Assembly: GCA_023920165.1 (NCBI GenBank)
Contig: CP089277.1
Span: 558,001 to 622,000 of the forward strand
Reading direction: 5' to 3'
Origin: Curvularia clavata
Lineage: Eukaryota
DNA length: 64,000 bases
Each line of letters begins with the position of its first letter. Within the stretch, counting starts at the first letter, position 1. Below, piece after piece: positions 1-11,673 of this stretch. The position numbers and the translations under genes are program-made. The notes under the pieces are model-generated. The model had not been told where the DNA came from and did not search any database. It worked only from the letters and a program-made list of their open reading frames with translations.

Positions 1-525
1 CTGCAGGCATTTTCGCGACATATTTGGTACCTGTGGCGTGGAACATGCCGGCTTCCTTTGCAGCATTACGTTTTGTTTTTTGTTTTCGTCATTCGCGTTT
101 TATCATTTGCCTTCTTGAGCGGAGGGCGGAGTTGGGGACCGTCTTATACGATATCACCTCATAGTGTGGTGACATGTGAGATGTAAACTCCGCTTAGACG
201 CAGCCAACTCTCAAGTACTTTTGCAGAGAGGTTCGAGTTAATGGCTTGATATTGTACTAAAAAAAGGAGCTGATTGAAAAATGCATAATTGCTAAAAACT
301 TTCTCATATGGTATATGTGAACAAAACAGCTAACAAAGCCTCTCTCTTTATTGCTCAGCATTTAATTTTCGAGCATACGACAGACGAAAAAACAAAACAA
401 AAACAAAAACACAACATTACGCTTGTTCCCTTGCATCAACCCAGAGTATCGCCATTTTGTAGGCCCAATCCAAACCCAGGAAAACAACAACAATGAAACT
501 CACACATTCACCCTGACTTTACCAT

Positions 526-1559
526 TCAAGCCCCGTTCTTGTACGTCAGCCCCCCAGCTTTAACATCAAAATCAATCAACTCGTCCATACCACACACTTT
601 AAACAACTCCCTCGGCCCGTGTCTCTTCCCATCCTCTTCCACACTCTTCACATTCCCCTCGTTCTTCATCTGCTGCACTGCCTTCCTTACAGCCGGGTAC
701 ACGACCTCGAGGGCCAAAAGAGGAAAGATAGCAAGTTTATACCCAATCTGACGACATTCCGGGACGCCAAAGTTCGGTGAGACACCACCGGGCACGTTGT
801 TGAAGAGACAAGGGATGGGCGCCATATCGATGCAAAGGCGTCTTGCGTCCTCGGCGGTAGTAACGCCCTCGAGGAACGCAACGTCTGCGCCCTGTTCGGC
901 CGCGACCTGGAGCCGCTTGAGTGCCTCGTCGTAGCCAAACGACTGCAGTGCATCTGTCCGTGCGATGATGACAATGTCGCCGCCAGACTGCTCGCGCGCC
1001 AGTCGTGCAGCGCAGATGCGCGCAGCGAATTCTTCAGTGCTGACGAGTTGCTTGCCGTTGAGGTGCCCGCACCGCTTACTCACAATTTGGTCTTCGAGAT
1101 GCAGACCTGCGACACCTGCGCGGATGTAAGAGGTCACGGTACGGCCGACCATGACCGGCCCGCCGTAGCCTGTGTCTGCGTCGGCGATGAGCGGTGTCTG
1201 GGGCGAGAGTGAGGCTAGCATCGAGGCGTTCGATACCATGTCGTTGAGCGTGGCGATGCCCATGTCGGCCGCACCCAGTCGTGACATGGTTGTTCCCGCG
1301 CCAGTCTGGGAACATGGGGTTAGTTTTTGTGTGACATGGTTATATGGCGACGTGTAAGGGTAATTTAATGGGAGAGAAAGTAGACAGAGCAAGGTATAAT
1401 GTAGCGGGACACAGGTGACTTGGTATAGCATACCATGTATAAACAGTCTACACCCTCTTGAAGCGCTATGCGTGCTGTGAAGCCATCGTATACACCGGGA
1501 CATGCAATAAACTTCTCTGGATCCGCGAGCATGGCTCGTAACTTCTGGACGGCCGCCAT
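526..1559 (-). CDS. Isocitrate lyase/PEP mutase superfamily C-C lyase, 2,3-dimethylmalate lyase (DMML)/oxaloacetate acetylhydrolase-like, ~301 aa; exons 1559-1434, 1305-526
   Basis: Splicing a GTATGC...CTAAC...CAG intron (1433-1306) joins PGVYDGFTARIA..CLYM to TGAGTTMSRLG. Family motifs present: ADADTGYGG, HLEDQ, catalytic-loop KRCGH, IARTDA. 'AIFP' has Pro where true OAH has Ser ('IFS'). Confidence 0.9.
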
Positions 1560-3436
1560 TTTCCTTCTCTTACGTTTAGATGGGTTTATTTGATGTCGTG
1601 TTGGTCCTTGGTGTCCTTGCCCTGATTACAGTATTCCTAGCTCTTTCTTTGCGAGGTTCGTGTATAATATGTGTTGTATGTAGTTATGTGTGTTGGACAC
1701 AGAAAAGGCCGATGGTTGAAGAACCGCCGTGCACAACAATGCAGGGTAAGTCTAATAGTAATAGCAGCAAAAGTACTAGTAAAGAATATGTTCACGGCAT
1801 CAAGGCCGAGACTGATTCTGCGATCAAGCAAGGCATTAAAACCCTGAACTTTGCCCTGGATTGATCACGTCTCGCTGAGTATCGGCGTGTTGCGTAACTC
1901 GTTTTCGCCAGCCAAAGACGTTGAGAAGGAGCTGTCATGTACCTATTGCTTTCATGCAACCCCCAGAAAAAAGAGAAGACCCCACTAATACGAATTGCAG
2001 AGTATCCGAAAAAGGAAGCGATAGCTACGTTTAAACTTCAGATCAGGTACGTCTCCGTCCGACAAGGCAGAGACCCGCTGAAGTAGGAGGCTTTTTTTCC
2101 CTAGTCGTTACTTGGGTTACATACCAACCGGAGAGGACTCCTTGCAAATTTCCTTTACCTAGTTTGGTATATATCGGATGTGCATCGAAATCCGGCCGAC
2201 CAAGTTGTAGTGATTGGTACAAACAATGGTGCAAGTCAAAGCTGACCATCCCAGTAAATCGCTGCGCATGACATGCATCGATCGCTTTTGATTTCAGATC
2301 CTGTCGGTCAAATATCCATGACAGTAGCATCGGAATGTAGCGCGAAGGGGAAGGAGTTAAGGAAAATCAGTATATTGATTAGAACGCCTCTATCGTTGAC
2401 CGTACAATCAGAGAAATCGCCTATTGTAACAACCAAAGGTGCATCGAAAAACAGTTCAAACAGGCCCCACAAGCTGAATAGTCTATGGGAGAGGTCGATG
2501 TGGTGGTCACCCCGCAATGCATGCCCTCTTCGCTGACGTAGTGGTGCCCGCCGAGTTTCGCCGGTAAACTGTCCGATACGGCGCCTCACGCGGGTCTTTT
2601 CACTGGCTGGGTACCAAGAATGCGCAGACAGCTCGGTCTCGCCGATGTTCGACGCGGCTGGTGGTAAGGAAAGGGTAATGTTATCTGAGAGTGAGGGATG
2701 GGATACCTCAATCTGTATGTTAACCGATGTTGACATACGTGTAACCGGCCAGGTGGGGTTCTTTTGAAAAAGTAAATTCGATTTAAGTAAGCTGACTGCC
2801 AACCTCATAATCAAATGTCTCACGTTCGATTCGAATTCAACCCATCCTTTGTCCGATCCTCCGAGTAACTGACGCAAGAATCCTCGCTAGCGCTTCATGG
2901 TCAGGATGCCTGGTTCAAGTCGGGAGAGACTGCGTCCGGGTTTGTTGTGCTTCGATGACGTTGTCCACTCTTATGGACGATGAAAATTCGCCCTCTGCCT
3001 CACTTCTGTTCTCAGCCGATCAGTTCTCATCGACCAGAGAATGCCGCTCCTCAGGCGTGTCGTTCCAGCTCCAACATGAAATAACACGCCAAGTCTGAAG
3101 GGCGTTTCCTTTCCCGAACCGCACAGAGTCCGGCTCCTTGATGGTGGAAGAACTTCTTGTGCGACCATTACTGTCCTATTGCAGTGGCCAATCCTGTTAT
3201 TCCATCGTCTGCAACATGCGTATTCCTAACTGTGATTGTCCCAAGAGGCATTCAACACGTACGCGGGATAGACGAACCATATTGTCTTCGTCGAGTTGTC
3301 GTTCCCGTACCACGGCTTTACTTGTTCAAGCATATTTTCTCCACGCAGTACCGGGTTTCGCAACCAAACCTTGATGATTTCCAAGCTCTTCCCGTCCGCC
3401 CGTTTAGTCCCGAGATTACCGTCGGGTGCGTAACAC

Positions 3437-3779
3437 TTAACCGTAAGTGTAACCCATGTTGGGTGCATTGCCATGTACAGGCATCATTGGGTTCATAGGA
3501 ACCGGAACATTAGGCACTTCTGCGCTTGAGAACTCAAACCCAGCAGCCCAATCGTAGTCCGGAAACTGGTCTAGTACAGGAGGTATCGCATAGTCTTGGC
3601 TGTCCCAGGATTCGAAACCACCGCCCAAGACCGATGGATCTGGCTGGAGTTGAGGATTTACTAGGCTTGGATCGAACTTATTCACTGGGAGCTGGGACCT
3701 CAGCGAAGGATCTGTCAGTTGCTGTTGTTGTTCTTGTTGGAGCTGCTGCTGTTGCTGTTGCTGCTGCTGCTGTTGATGC

Positions 3780-3814
<35 letters not shown>

Positions 3815-5849
3815 TTGTTGTTGCTGCTGGTGTGGTATGTATTCTTAACCTATCCATTAGCCACGAAGGAGCCGGAAGAGATGGTATTGTACTTACGAGG
3901 CACGTTCTGGTGAACGGCATCATTGTTGAGAAGTGGTGCCTCTTCGCCATTGTACGGGTTCTGCATGTTACCAAACTCTTCTCGCCAGTACCAGAACATG
4001 TCATAGCTAACACTCATACTCAATCTGGTGCGTAACCTCAGATACAACGGTTCTACGCGTCCGTCCTTTTTACGGAAAACCTTGTCACTACCCCACAGGT
4101 CTTTCATGATGTGCGCAGTCCGGATATGAATATCCCCTGGTTGCAAGGAAACATTCTTGAGGAATTCGTACGCTTGAGAGAAGGCTCTCTCACCTGCGGC
4201 GAGATCCAGATGTTGTGCGAGTGGACTTCGGACAAGTCTGAGGATTGTAAAACCAGCCAAGGTGATAGTTCGGTCGATGAAAGACTGCGATACGGAAGAC
4301 AGCAGTGTTTTTTGATTCGTTTGCATGGTCGCGGCTGACTGTATAACCGAAATGCATAACGAATAGAATCGAGACAGACCCTCAGCATCCGGCGGAGAAT
4401 TTGTTGGATGAGCAAAGAAATGGAATGCCATGACATGGATACGGGCGCAACTGAGTTGTAGAGTGTCTGTTTGGTCAGCAAAACGCCGTACAAATTCGAA
4501 CGAGACAACTCACCAAGGTCGCTCGGGGATGACGGAGCTAAGCTGAGTAGCTGCGAATCAAATATGCTAATCATGGACCGTAGTACGCGGACGTCACAGC
4601 GGATGGACTGCAGGTTGGTTTTACCCATTGCGACCATCGCACGCATGAGGATGATGTAGACCTTGTGGAGGTACTGCAGATCAGCTGGAAGGTAAGGCAC
4701 CATATCCTCCCGATCTTGTTCGTCTCCGTCGAAGAACGACTCTGCAAGCGGCGGTATCCCTTCAACACAGCTCGTTCTAGATGTCGTTAGCGAGAGAAAA
4801 AAGAAACTCCGCAATAACCTTATTCCAGGAACCTACCTGATGGAAACGATAACACAGCACAGCCAGAGCTTGGCGCGCTGCACTTTGAGGGATTGATCCT
4901 TCTCAAGCGGTGTCCTGGCAAAATCTTGACCTACGCCCGCTATGTGCAAGCCAATTTGGGTAGCAAGATGTACTGCTGAACCACACATGAGGTGTGAAGT
5001 ATCCTTGTACATGGAGTTTGTGGGTAGTCTCCAAGTGCAAAGAATTAGCAAGCCCTGGATGACGGGAACCTGCGAGGTGCGTAATGCCATTGAAGAAAAG
5101 GCAAGCTGGGTCACCGATTGAGCGATTCTCTCGAGCACCTCAGGATGTTCGGAGTACCGCCGAGCGCCCGTAACTACAATGACCCAAAACAGAAATGGCG
5201 ACTGGTCGTAGTAATCGTTAGGTGGTACATTAGGATCAAGAATGGGAAAGAGGGAGTGGTATTGGGTGAAGTAACTATATGCAAGGTTAGTGTATGCGAA
5301 GATGAACAAGCAGTTGCTCAAACATACAGTGTGAAGCAGTCGTCGATGCGTTTTGAATCGAGTAGGAATCCGTCGAGGACGCGTGGTATTGTGCCCTGGC
5401 TATCGGAGCCTTTTCTTGTGGGAGGCCTTGAATCGAAGGCTGGAGACATGGAATCCGACACGTCGGTTCTTCCTCCAGAAGGATCCGAATAGGTGCCGGA
5501 AGCATGATCAAGCGGGGTATAATTCTGCATGTCGACATTTGGCGAGGCGGTCGAATGGGGATAGTTTTGGTCGCCAGGGGCCTGGCCCTGCCTCATGTTC
5601 CATCGCAACTCCTCCAACTCACGGCGCATCTCAGCTTTTGTTTGGCGCAAGTTCCTGGTTGAGGTGGGCAGGATGCGGCACTCCAGGCCCATCTTTTTGC
5701 AGCGACCGCATGGGTCGTGGGGGACCTTGTGCTGCTCAACATCGCAACGAATCTGCAGAGTCAGTAAGTGGGTGTCGCGTCGAGTTGAGACGAAGCAGTA
5801 CCTTTTGCTGGCGACACTCAACACATGCTTTGCGTCGTGGAGTGGCCAT
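3437..5849 (-). CDS. Zn(II)2Cys6 transcription factor, Leu3/Sef1-like, ~716 aa with C-terminal polyQ and acidic tail; exons 5849-5802, 5752-5328, 5274-4837, 4776-4514, 4466-3897, 3843-3437
   Basis: Spliced N-terminus MATPRRKACVECRQQK|IRCD...PCGRCKKMGLEC is a binuclear cluster. Middle region YFTQYHSLFPIL..SPFLFWVIVVTGARRY..AVHLATQIGLH is a fungal-specific TF domain. LRTRLSMSVSYDMFWYWREEF resembles the Leu3/LeuB C-terminal block. Exon sum 2151 nt. Confidence 0.88.
3719..3829 (-). repeat. Imperfect CAG/CAA trinucleotide tract encoding ~37-codon polyQ in the Zn2Cys6 factor
   Basis: (CTG/TTG)n on the + strand, read in frame as Q-rich with single H, L and E interruptions after the last intron. Confidence 0.9.
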
Positions 5850-8800
5850 GCTGGGCTGATTTGTCTAGTTTGTATCCACACGTTTGCTGGCGAGTCGCAG
5901 CCCTAGGCTACCGTTGATATTCCGCGTCTCAATCGGCGAAAAAAGGCACATAAGAAGGTATAAGGGTAAGGAACCTTCGCCCACGAGCTGAAGAACCGCA
6001 TCCGCAATTAGCACCCTACGTCGTCATCGGGGGCGTGTGTGCAGCGGTGCGAGTCGGATGGCGGGGGAATGGGACCGAGTATTGGACCGACGGTGATCTT
6101 TTTCTCTTGCTTGCAGGCCTCGAGGGGGTTTTTTCTTTCCTTTTTTTTCTTCCGCAGCTACCCAGGGCTTCGCACCCTGTACTAAATGTTTCTGTTAATA
6201 AGCCGCCGTATTAGACGAAGGTCGTGCGCAGCGAGGCTAACAGGCTCTGTTGTCTGTGTGGAAGGGCATGCATGCATATCGTCGACACGCGATTTTGCAG
6301 GCTCCACCCGGGCTAGCCGCTTTAGTCTAGCGCGTTTTGCGTAATCCGCCCTCAACTCCGTCTGCCACTTGCGACCCACGTCTGATTCTCTCATGTCGAG
6401 TGAACGCATCGCGCAACTCCCAACCAGGCAACTAGCTAGCCAACCAACCAGCCACTCGCATTGCCTGCAGCTTGCTCAAGCTTTCGTTGATCTGCAGCTG
6501 AGGCGCCGTTTTGCCACACTTTGTCCATGCAGATTAGATGCACATGTCGCCACTCAGCTGCCATGCTCGCCAACACGTCTGGCCAGTGCCACTGCCAGCT
6601 CGCTGAGCCTGCCTTCAAACGTGTTTGGTGGGTCGGGTCAATGCAGACAGTACCTGATCCTCATCTTGCCCACGGCGTCCTTGGCCAGTTGCAGCCTAGG
6701 CGCTCAGTAGCTTCATCTCATGGGCGGGCACTATCCATCCGGTGTGTCGTTGCAAGGGCTGGGCAAATGGACTTCGTACGAGCCGCAAGCTGAGTGGTCT
6801 GGGCCATGATGAACGCTGCGCCACATGCCCAGCTGTGTGGCCACCGATACCGCTTGCCCATGACTACGTGCGTCTTGGCTGGATGGTGATGTTGTACAGT
6901 GTTGAAGCTGAAGACGACAACACCGCAACTTCTGACTCTGGCACTGTAGCCCGATCCTCAGCATCTCCAGGTCCCAATGATCATCTGACACATGATCATG
7001 GTGCACTAGCTGCTTTGCCTGGCGCTGCCTGACGCTGTTTGATGCAGCAGGGTCATGTCTCCATCATGATAAACAACTCACACCAGGTCGCCTTACTACT
7101 AGCTTTCTCAAACAGCTCATTTCATCCTGACCGACTCTAGCCGTCGCCGCCGCCTCCACACAATGGCTTCCTTCAAGTCTTCCATGGCTTCCATGCATTC
7201 TAGCCCAGGGTCCTCTCCGCAAGCCACACTGCCGTGCAACGGAGTGTTTGGCGTCCACGCTTCCTTTCTTCCGTCTCCCTCCCTTCCCCCACAAAGCTCC
7301 GCGGGCTTTTCCACGTGCAGTGTAGATCCTAGCGGACTTGCAGATCAAGCACGCCATGCTCAATCTCATGAAACACATGGCCAATGAATGTTGTATACTG
7401 GCTGGCGCTTCGCGAATGCAGATCTAGATGCAAATACACTTTACACATGATGCATGAAGCGCACGTGCGGAGATGCTGGGGAGGATTCTCGGAATAGGAA
7501 GTATCCATCCTGCTATCGCTGGCCCGGCACAGAGCGCGTCTGAGGGCGCTCAGATGCGGAGCCAGCATTGCTTTTTCTCTCAGCCCTCTGTCCGTGGCTT
7601 GTCCCTTTCCCCACAGAGGCTCAGCTTGGAGAGGGCTATCCATTAGGTCGGGTAACGGTACTCTTTTCTTTTCTTTTCCCTTGTTTCTTTTTCTCCATCA
7701 CGGCAGGAGGACTTCGCCTCGTACGTTGCTGTACTCCTGAAAACAGTACATACAACTCGGACACTCTAATTGCCCTCCAATGCAACGTAAAACCTGTGTG
7801 TAGCAACATCTGCCATACGATGAACTGCCATGTAAGCATTTCAAATCATTGCCGGTGTCTTAGCTTACACCTAGACTTTTGGCTGCACATCATCGTAACA
7901 CTACGATTACTCCTATGTGGAGCCATCCTCAACCATGGTCAAGCCAAAGCGTCCGGCCTGACTTTCCCACTCTGGTTCCTCCTTACGCCCCCTGAGGCGC
8001 TGCTCCACACGAGCTACTGCCGACTCCCTAGCTTTGCATGGCGCTACCGAGCCGCCCACGTGTAATTGCCTTGGGTTCAACGTCGATGTAACATGACAGC
8101 CAACCGGAAGTGTCCTTCCGGGTCTTGGCCCCCTCTGAGCATTCCGTGCGTCCGAATGCGTTGCACATCACTGACCAGCACATCTCCTCGGACTGGAAAC
8201 GACACGTAGAGCTTTTCATATACAGGACACTTTGTCCTTGGGTGTTTCAGTATTCTCCTCATTCTGTCCCCGCCTTTGCCCCAGATTTTCTTCCTGATTC
8301 CCCTCTGTCCTCGATAGCTCCGTGTGTAATCCTACGCATCACGTTATGCACCACGCATACACAATTGTGCAACTATCTCTGCAAAGGCATAGCATAAACG
8401 TTCTTCCTACCATTTCTCTCACTTCTTATCTATGACAATCATCGTCTATCCAGACACACGCGCATCAGAGGTCCCCCTCACTTCCTGCATCTGTCATGAC
8501 GTACTTCTTACCAGATTTCCCCCTCCTCGCCCCATCCAGTTTACGCGGCCATCGTACACACAAGAGAAAAAGCAATCAAAGCAACAGGGAAGGAACAAAT
8601 CACAGCGGCACTCATACTCTGTTCGCAAAGCCCTATTTTCCTCCGCAAAATGAAGGCTAGGGACCCTGTACACGCATCCGCCGCATACCAACCCTCCAGA
8701 CCAGTCATGATTTTTGTCTAGGAACCAATTCCACCGTCTAGACCACAAATCTAGGGAAATGCTGCGAAGATACTGCGAAAAAAAGGTAGGGTTGTGTGTA

Positions 8801-9454
8801 TATTGTCACTTGTTGAAAAGCATTATTTGCCACTTCGCTCTTGCTTGCAGAAAATGGCGATATTTCGCTCATAGAGTATGCTCAATAGTCACCTTTTTGG
8901 TACTCCTTTCTTTCTCTCTTTAAGCAATTTATAGCAGCACCGTAAGAGGTGATTGATATTCTCGAAATCGAAATCGTATCTACAAATCACTTCAATCATT
9001 GTCGAAAAGACTAGGTATGTGCTGTAGTCTGCAGCGTTGCAAAAATTTAGTCGGGACAGTGTTGTAGACGACATACTGTGCTTTCAGTCTTCACATTTAA
9101 GTATTTGGCATCACGCATGCCTTTTTTTTCTCCTTCACCCTCACTGGATGTGTGCAGATCGTGAGAGAGTAAAACCAACTATAACCCAGATAGGAGACAA
9201 TTACTCGGGTACACATCATCAAGAGAAAAAAAAAAGGTTCGTCAAAACATTTTATTAGAGCGGCTTGAGCTACGACTTCATGGCCGTTCAAACTACCGAC
9301 AAGATGGCATGAATGACTCGCAAACTGCTTGTCCTTCTCTCCATTCCTTGAAACCCAGGGAGTACACCGTGATGCACTCAGACTGGGCACAAGCATAGGC
9401 ACCAGCACGTCGCTACACAGTGGGGAATCATGGAAACTGGCGCGACTCGACTTT

Positions 9455-11197
9455 TTACTTGGAGTAGGACTCCAGGAGGTTCTCGTACTTGGTCCTCCAG
9501 TAGTGGGCTTCATCGCCCGACTGCGAACCCTTGGCTAAGGCAAGCTTTTCTTGCAGGTCCTTGATGGCTTCCTCCTTCTGAACCAGATCTTCGCGGAATT
9601 GCTCGGCCTGCTTAGAGAGTGGAAGTATTTCCTTGTACTCTTGGTAAGACCGCTTGGCCAGATCAGTCCACTCTTGTACCAGGACTTCGAGGCTTGCAAT
9701 CTTCTGGGCCTGTTCGCCAACGAGACGGCTTGCATCGGGGTCGACGTGCTCAGTGTCTTTACTCAACGACTCTACTCTCTTCAGCAAGGCCTCACGTTCC
9801 GTCTTGGCTTTAGTCGCTTCATCTCGAGTAGCGTTCAACTCGCTGGTAAGGCTACTGACATTCTCGCTCAACCCAGAATTTGCCTTTGTGAGTTGCGCAA
9901 GTTGAGTCTCGACATCAGCAAGCTTGTCCACACGATGCTGCAACTCGGCCTTTTGCCGCTGCAGGAGTGCGGCGTTTGCCTGTAGGTCGTTGATCTCCTT
10001 GATGTGCTCATTGAGTTGCTACGAATATATAAGCTTCATCTACGCTCAATCAGTGCCATGGGATTTTTGCATACCTTGAACAATTTTGCGTGCTCTGCTG
10101 CCTGAACGTCGGACTTTTCGCCCAGAGCTTTGTTCTCCATTTTGGCATTCTCGGCTTCAAGCTTCGCAATGCGCTCGCTGTCTTCCAAATTCGCTACCAT
10201 CGTCTGGAGGGCCGTCATCTTTTCGGTTTGCTCTGCGAGTTTATCATTGAGGGACTTGAGCTCTGCGGCGAAGCGACGCTCAGTCTCCTGTTCGACACCC
10301 CTCGCTTCGTCAGAGCGGTCGTCTTTTGTTTTCCGCAGCGTATCAATTTCGACTAGGAGCTGTTTGTTGGAGTCTTTGAGCATCTCAATCTCATTCTGCA
10401 AAGCTCCAACCTTAGCTAGGCCCCCTTCCTTGACAGAACGCTCTTCCTCCAGGAGTTGAGCATATTTGTCAACTTCAGTACGGAGGTTGCCTTTCTCGAG
10501 CGTGAGACGCGATACTCGTTCATTAAGAGCCACCAGGTCTTTCAACTTGGTATCAGTCTGCTCTTTGTACATCGAGAAGGCTTCTTGATGCTCGAGAATC
10601 AGACTGTGTTGGAGATTCGTCTAGCGTTGTTCCGAGTTAGCAAGTGTGATGACCATGTGAGCGCTTCAGAGGGCGACTGACCTTGTTGTGCTGAATGTTC
10701 AGCTCGTGCTGGGTGTCCTGCACCATCCGGTTCATCATGGAGGTATGGTATAGGCTGATGTTGTTACGCTGCTTCTCGAGGAAGATAGGGAGCGCCGCCT
10801 TGGCGTCATTGACGGCGACATAGAGCTGCTCCAACTCCTTTGACATGGCGTCGGCATGAGCCCTTGTAGAATCGGGCAAGGCCTCACGGATGAGCTCTAG
10901 GAGCCTCCGGGTGTTTGTGACGGCGGTTGAGGCGGCCACAGAAAACCTCGTCGCGTGCTTGTCCACTTCCTCCTTGAGGGCCATGCCATGGGAGATGGCG
11001 AGCTGTGTATCTGAGTTGCGCTGACTTGTCATTTGGGTAGTAGGGCAATTTGTTGTCAGGGCAGTCTCAGTCCTAGGACTGGCAATCATGGACTGAGAGG
11101 CCATTGAGCTGACCAAGGACGCCTTCTTGGTGATGGGAGTGGCATGCTTAGAGTTCTCCAGAGACATGGGGCCCGCGTACGGGTGCGCAGATGCCAT
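9455..11197 (-). CDS. Uncharacterised long coiled-coil protein, ~541 aa; exons 11197-10682, 10620-10075, 10018-9455 (true start uncertain; upstream exons possible)
   Basis: Three track ORFs join in frame through GT..AG introns 10681-10621 and 10074-10019. Sequence is heptad-like and E/K/L/Q-rich, ending YWRTKYENLLESYSK. No family recognised. Confidence 0.75.
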
Positions 11198-11644
11198 TGT
11201 TGGAGAGCAATGCTGCTGCACAGGGTGTTGATAAGCAGGAGCCAGGCTGGCATAAAACCAGGAAAGCGTACCTTTTGAATCGTAATTTGTGTGAGAGTGG
11301 AAACCACCGTTGGAGCAGTCCTGTTGGGGACAGGAGTGAGGTGCAGAAGACTGAGACAGGACTACAGTGCAGAAGACGGTAGCAAAGCTTGCGGCTGTGT
11401 TTGTCGTTTGTCTAGCTTGGGTGGGGCCTGTAGAATGTTTGCGAGGGTAATGGGGAAGGCAGCGGCACGTGATGCTTATCAAAGACTTAGGCAGGCAGGA
11501 GCGTCTCTCACCCAAACTGACCATTAGCATGAGGAAGTGATTGCAGTAGGATAGAGAGGCTCATTGGATGAGGATACAGAAATAGTAAAGGCGACATGGT
11601 TAAGTAAACTAAGCATCACTTTCACTTTGCAGTACTACTGAGCG

Positions 11645-11673
11645 CACGTGAGAGGTGAAGGTCCTCTCACGTG
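11645..11673. promoter_or_regulatory. Perfect 11-bp inverted repeat carrying two CACGTG E-boxes
   Basis: CACGTGAGAGG-tgaaggt-CCTCTCACGTG, located between the divergent coiled-coil and G-alpha genes. Confidence 0.45.

Noticed and set aside
2308..2877. 189-aa minus-strand ORF between the lyase and the TF
   Set aside because: Starts at TTG, with no recognisable motif or coding-like codon bias; treated as chance.
2881..2930. GGTTCAAGTC T-loop-like motif (other GTTCGA hits also checked)
   Set aside because: No pairing T-stem or cloverleaf; no tRNA supported anywhere in the window.
3526..4035. Poly-Ala/Val and poly-Leu ORFs on the + strand
   Set aside because: Antisense or alternative-frame readings of the polyQ CAG/CAA tract.
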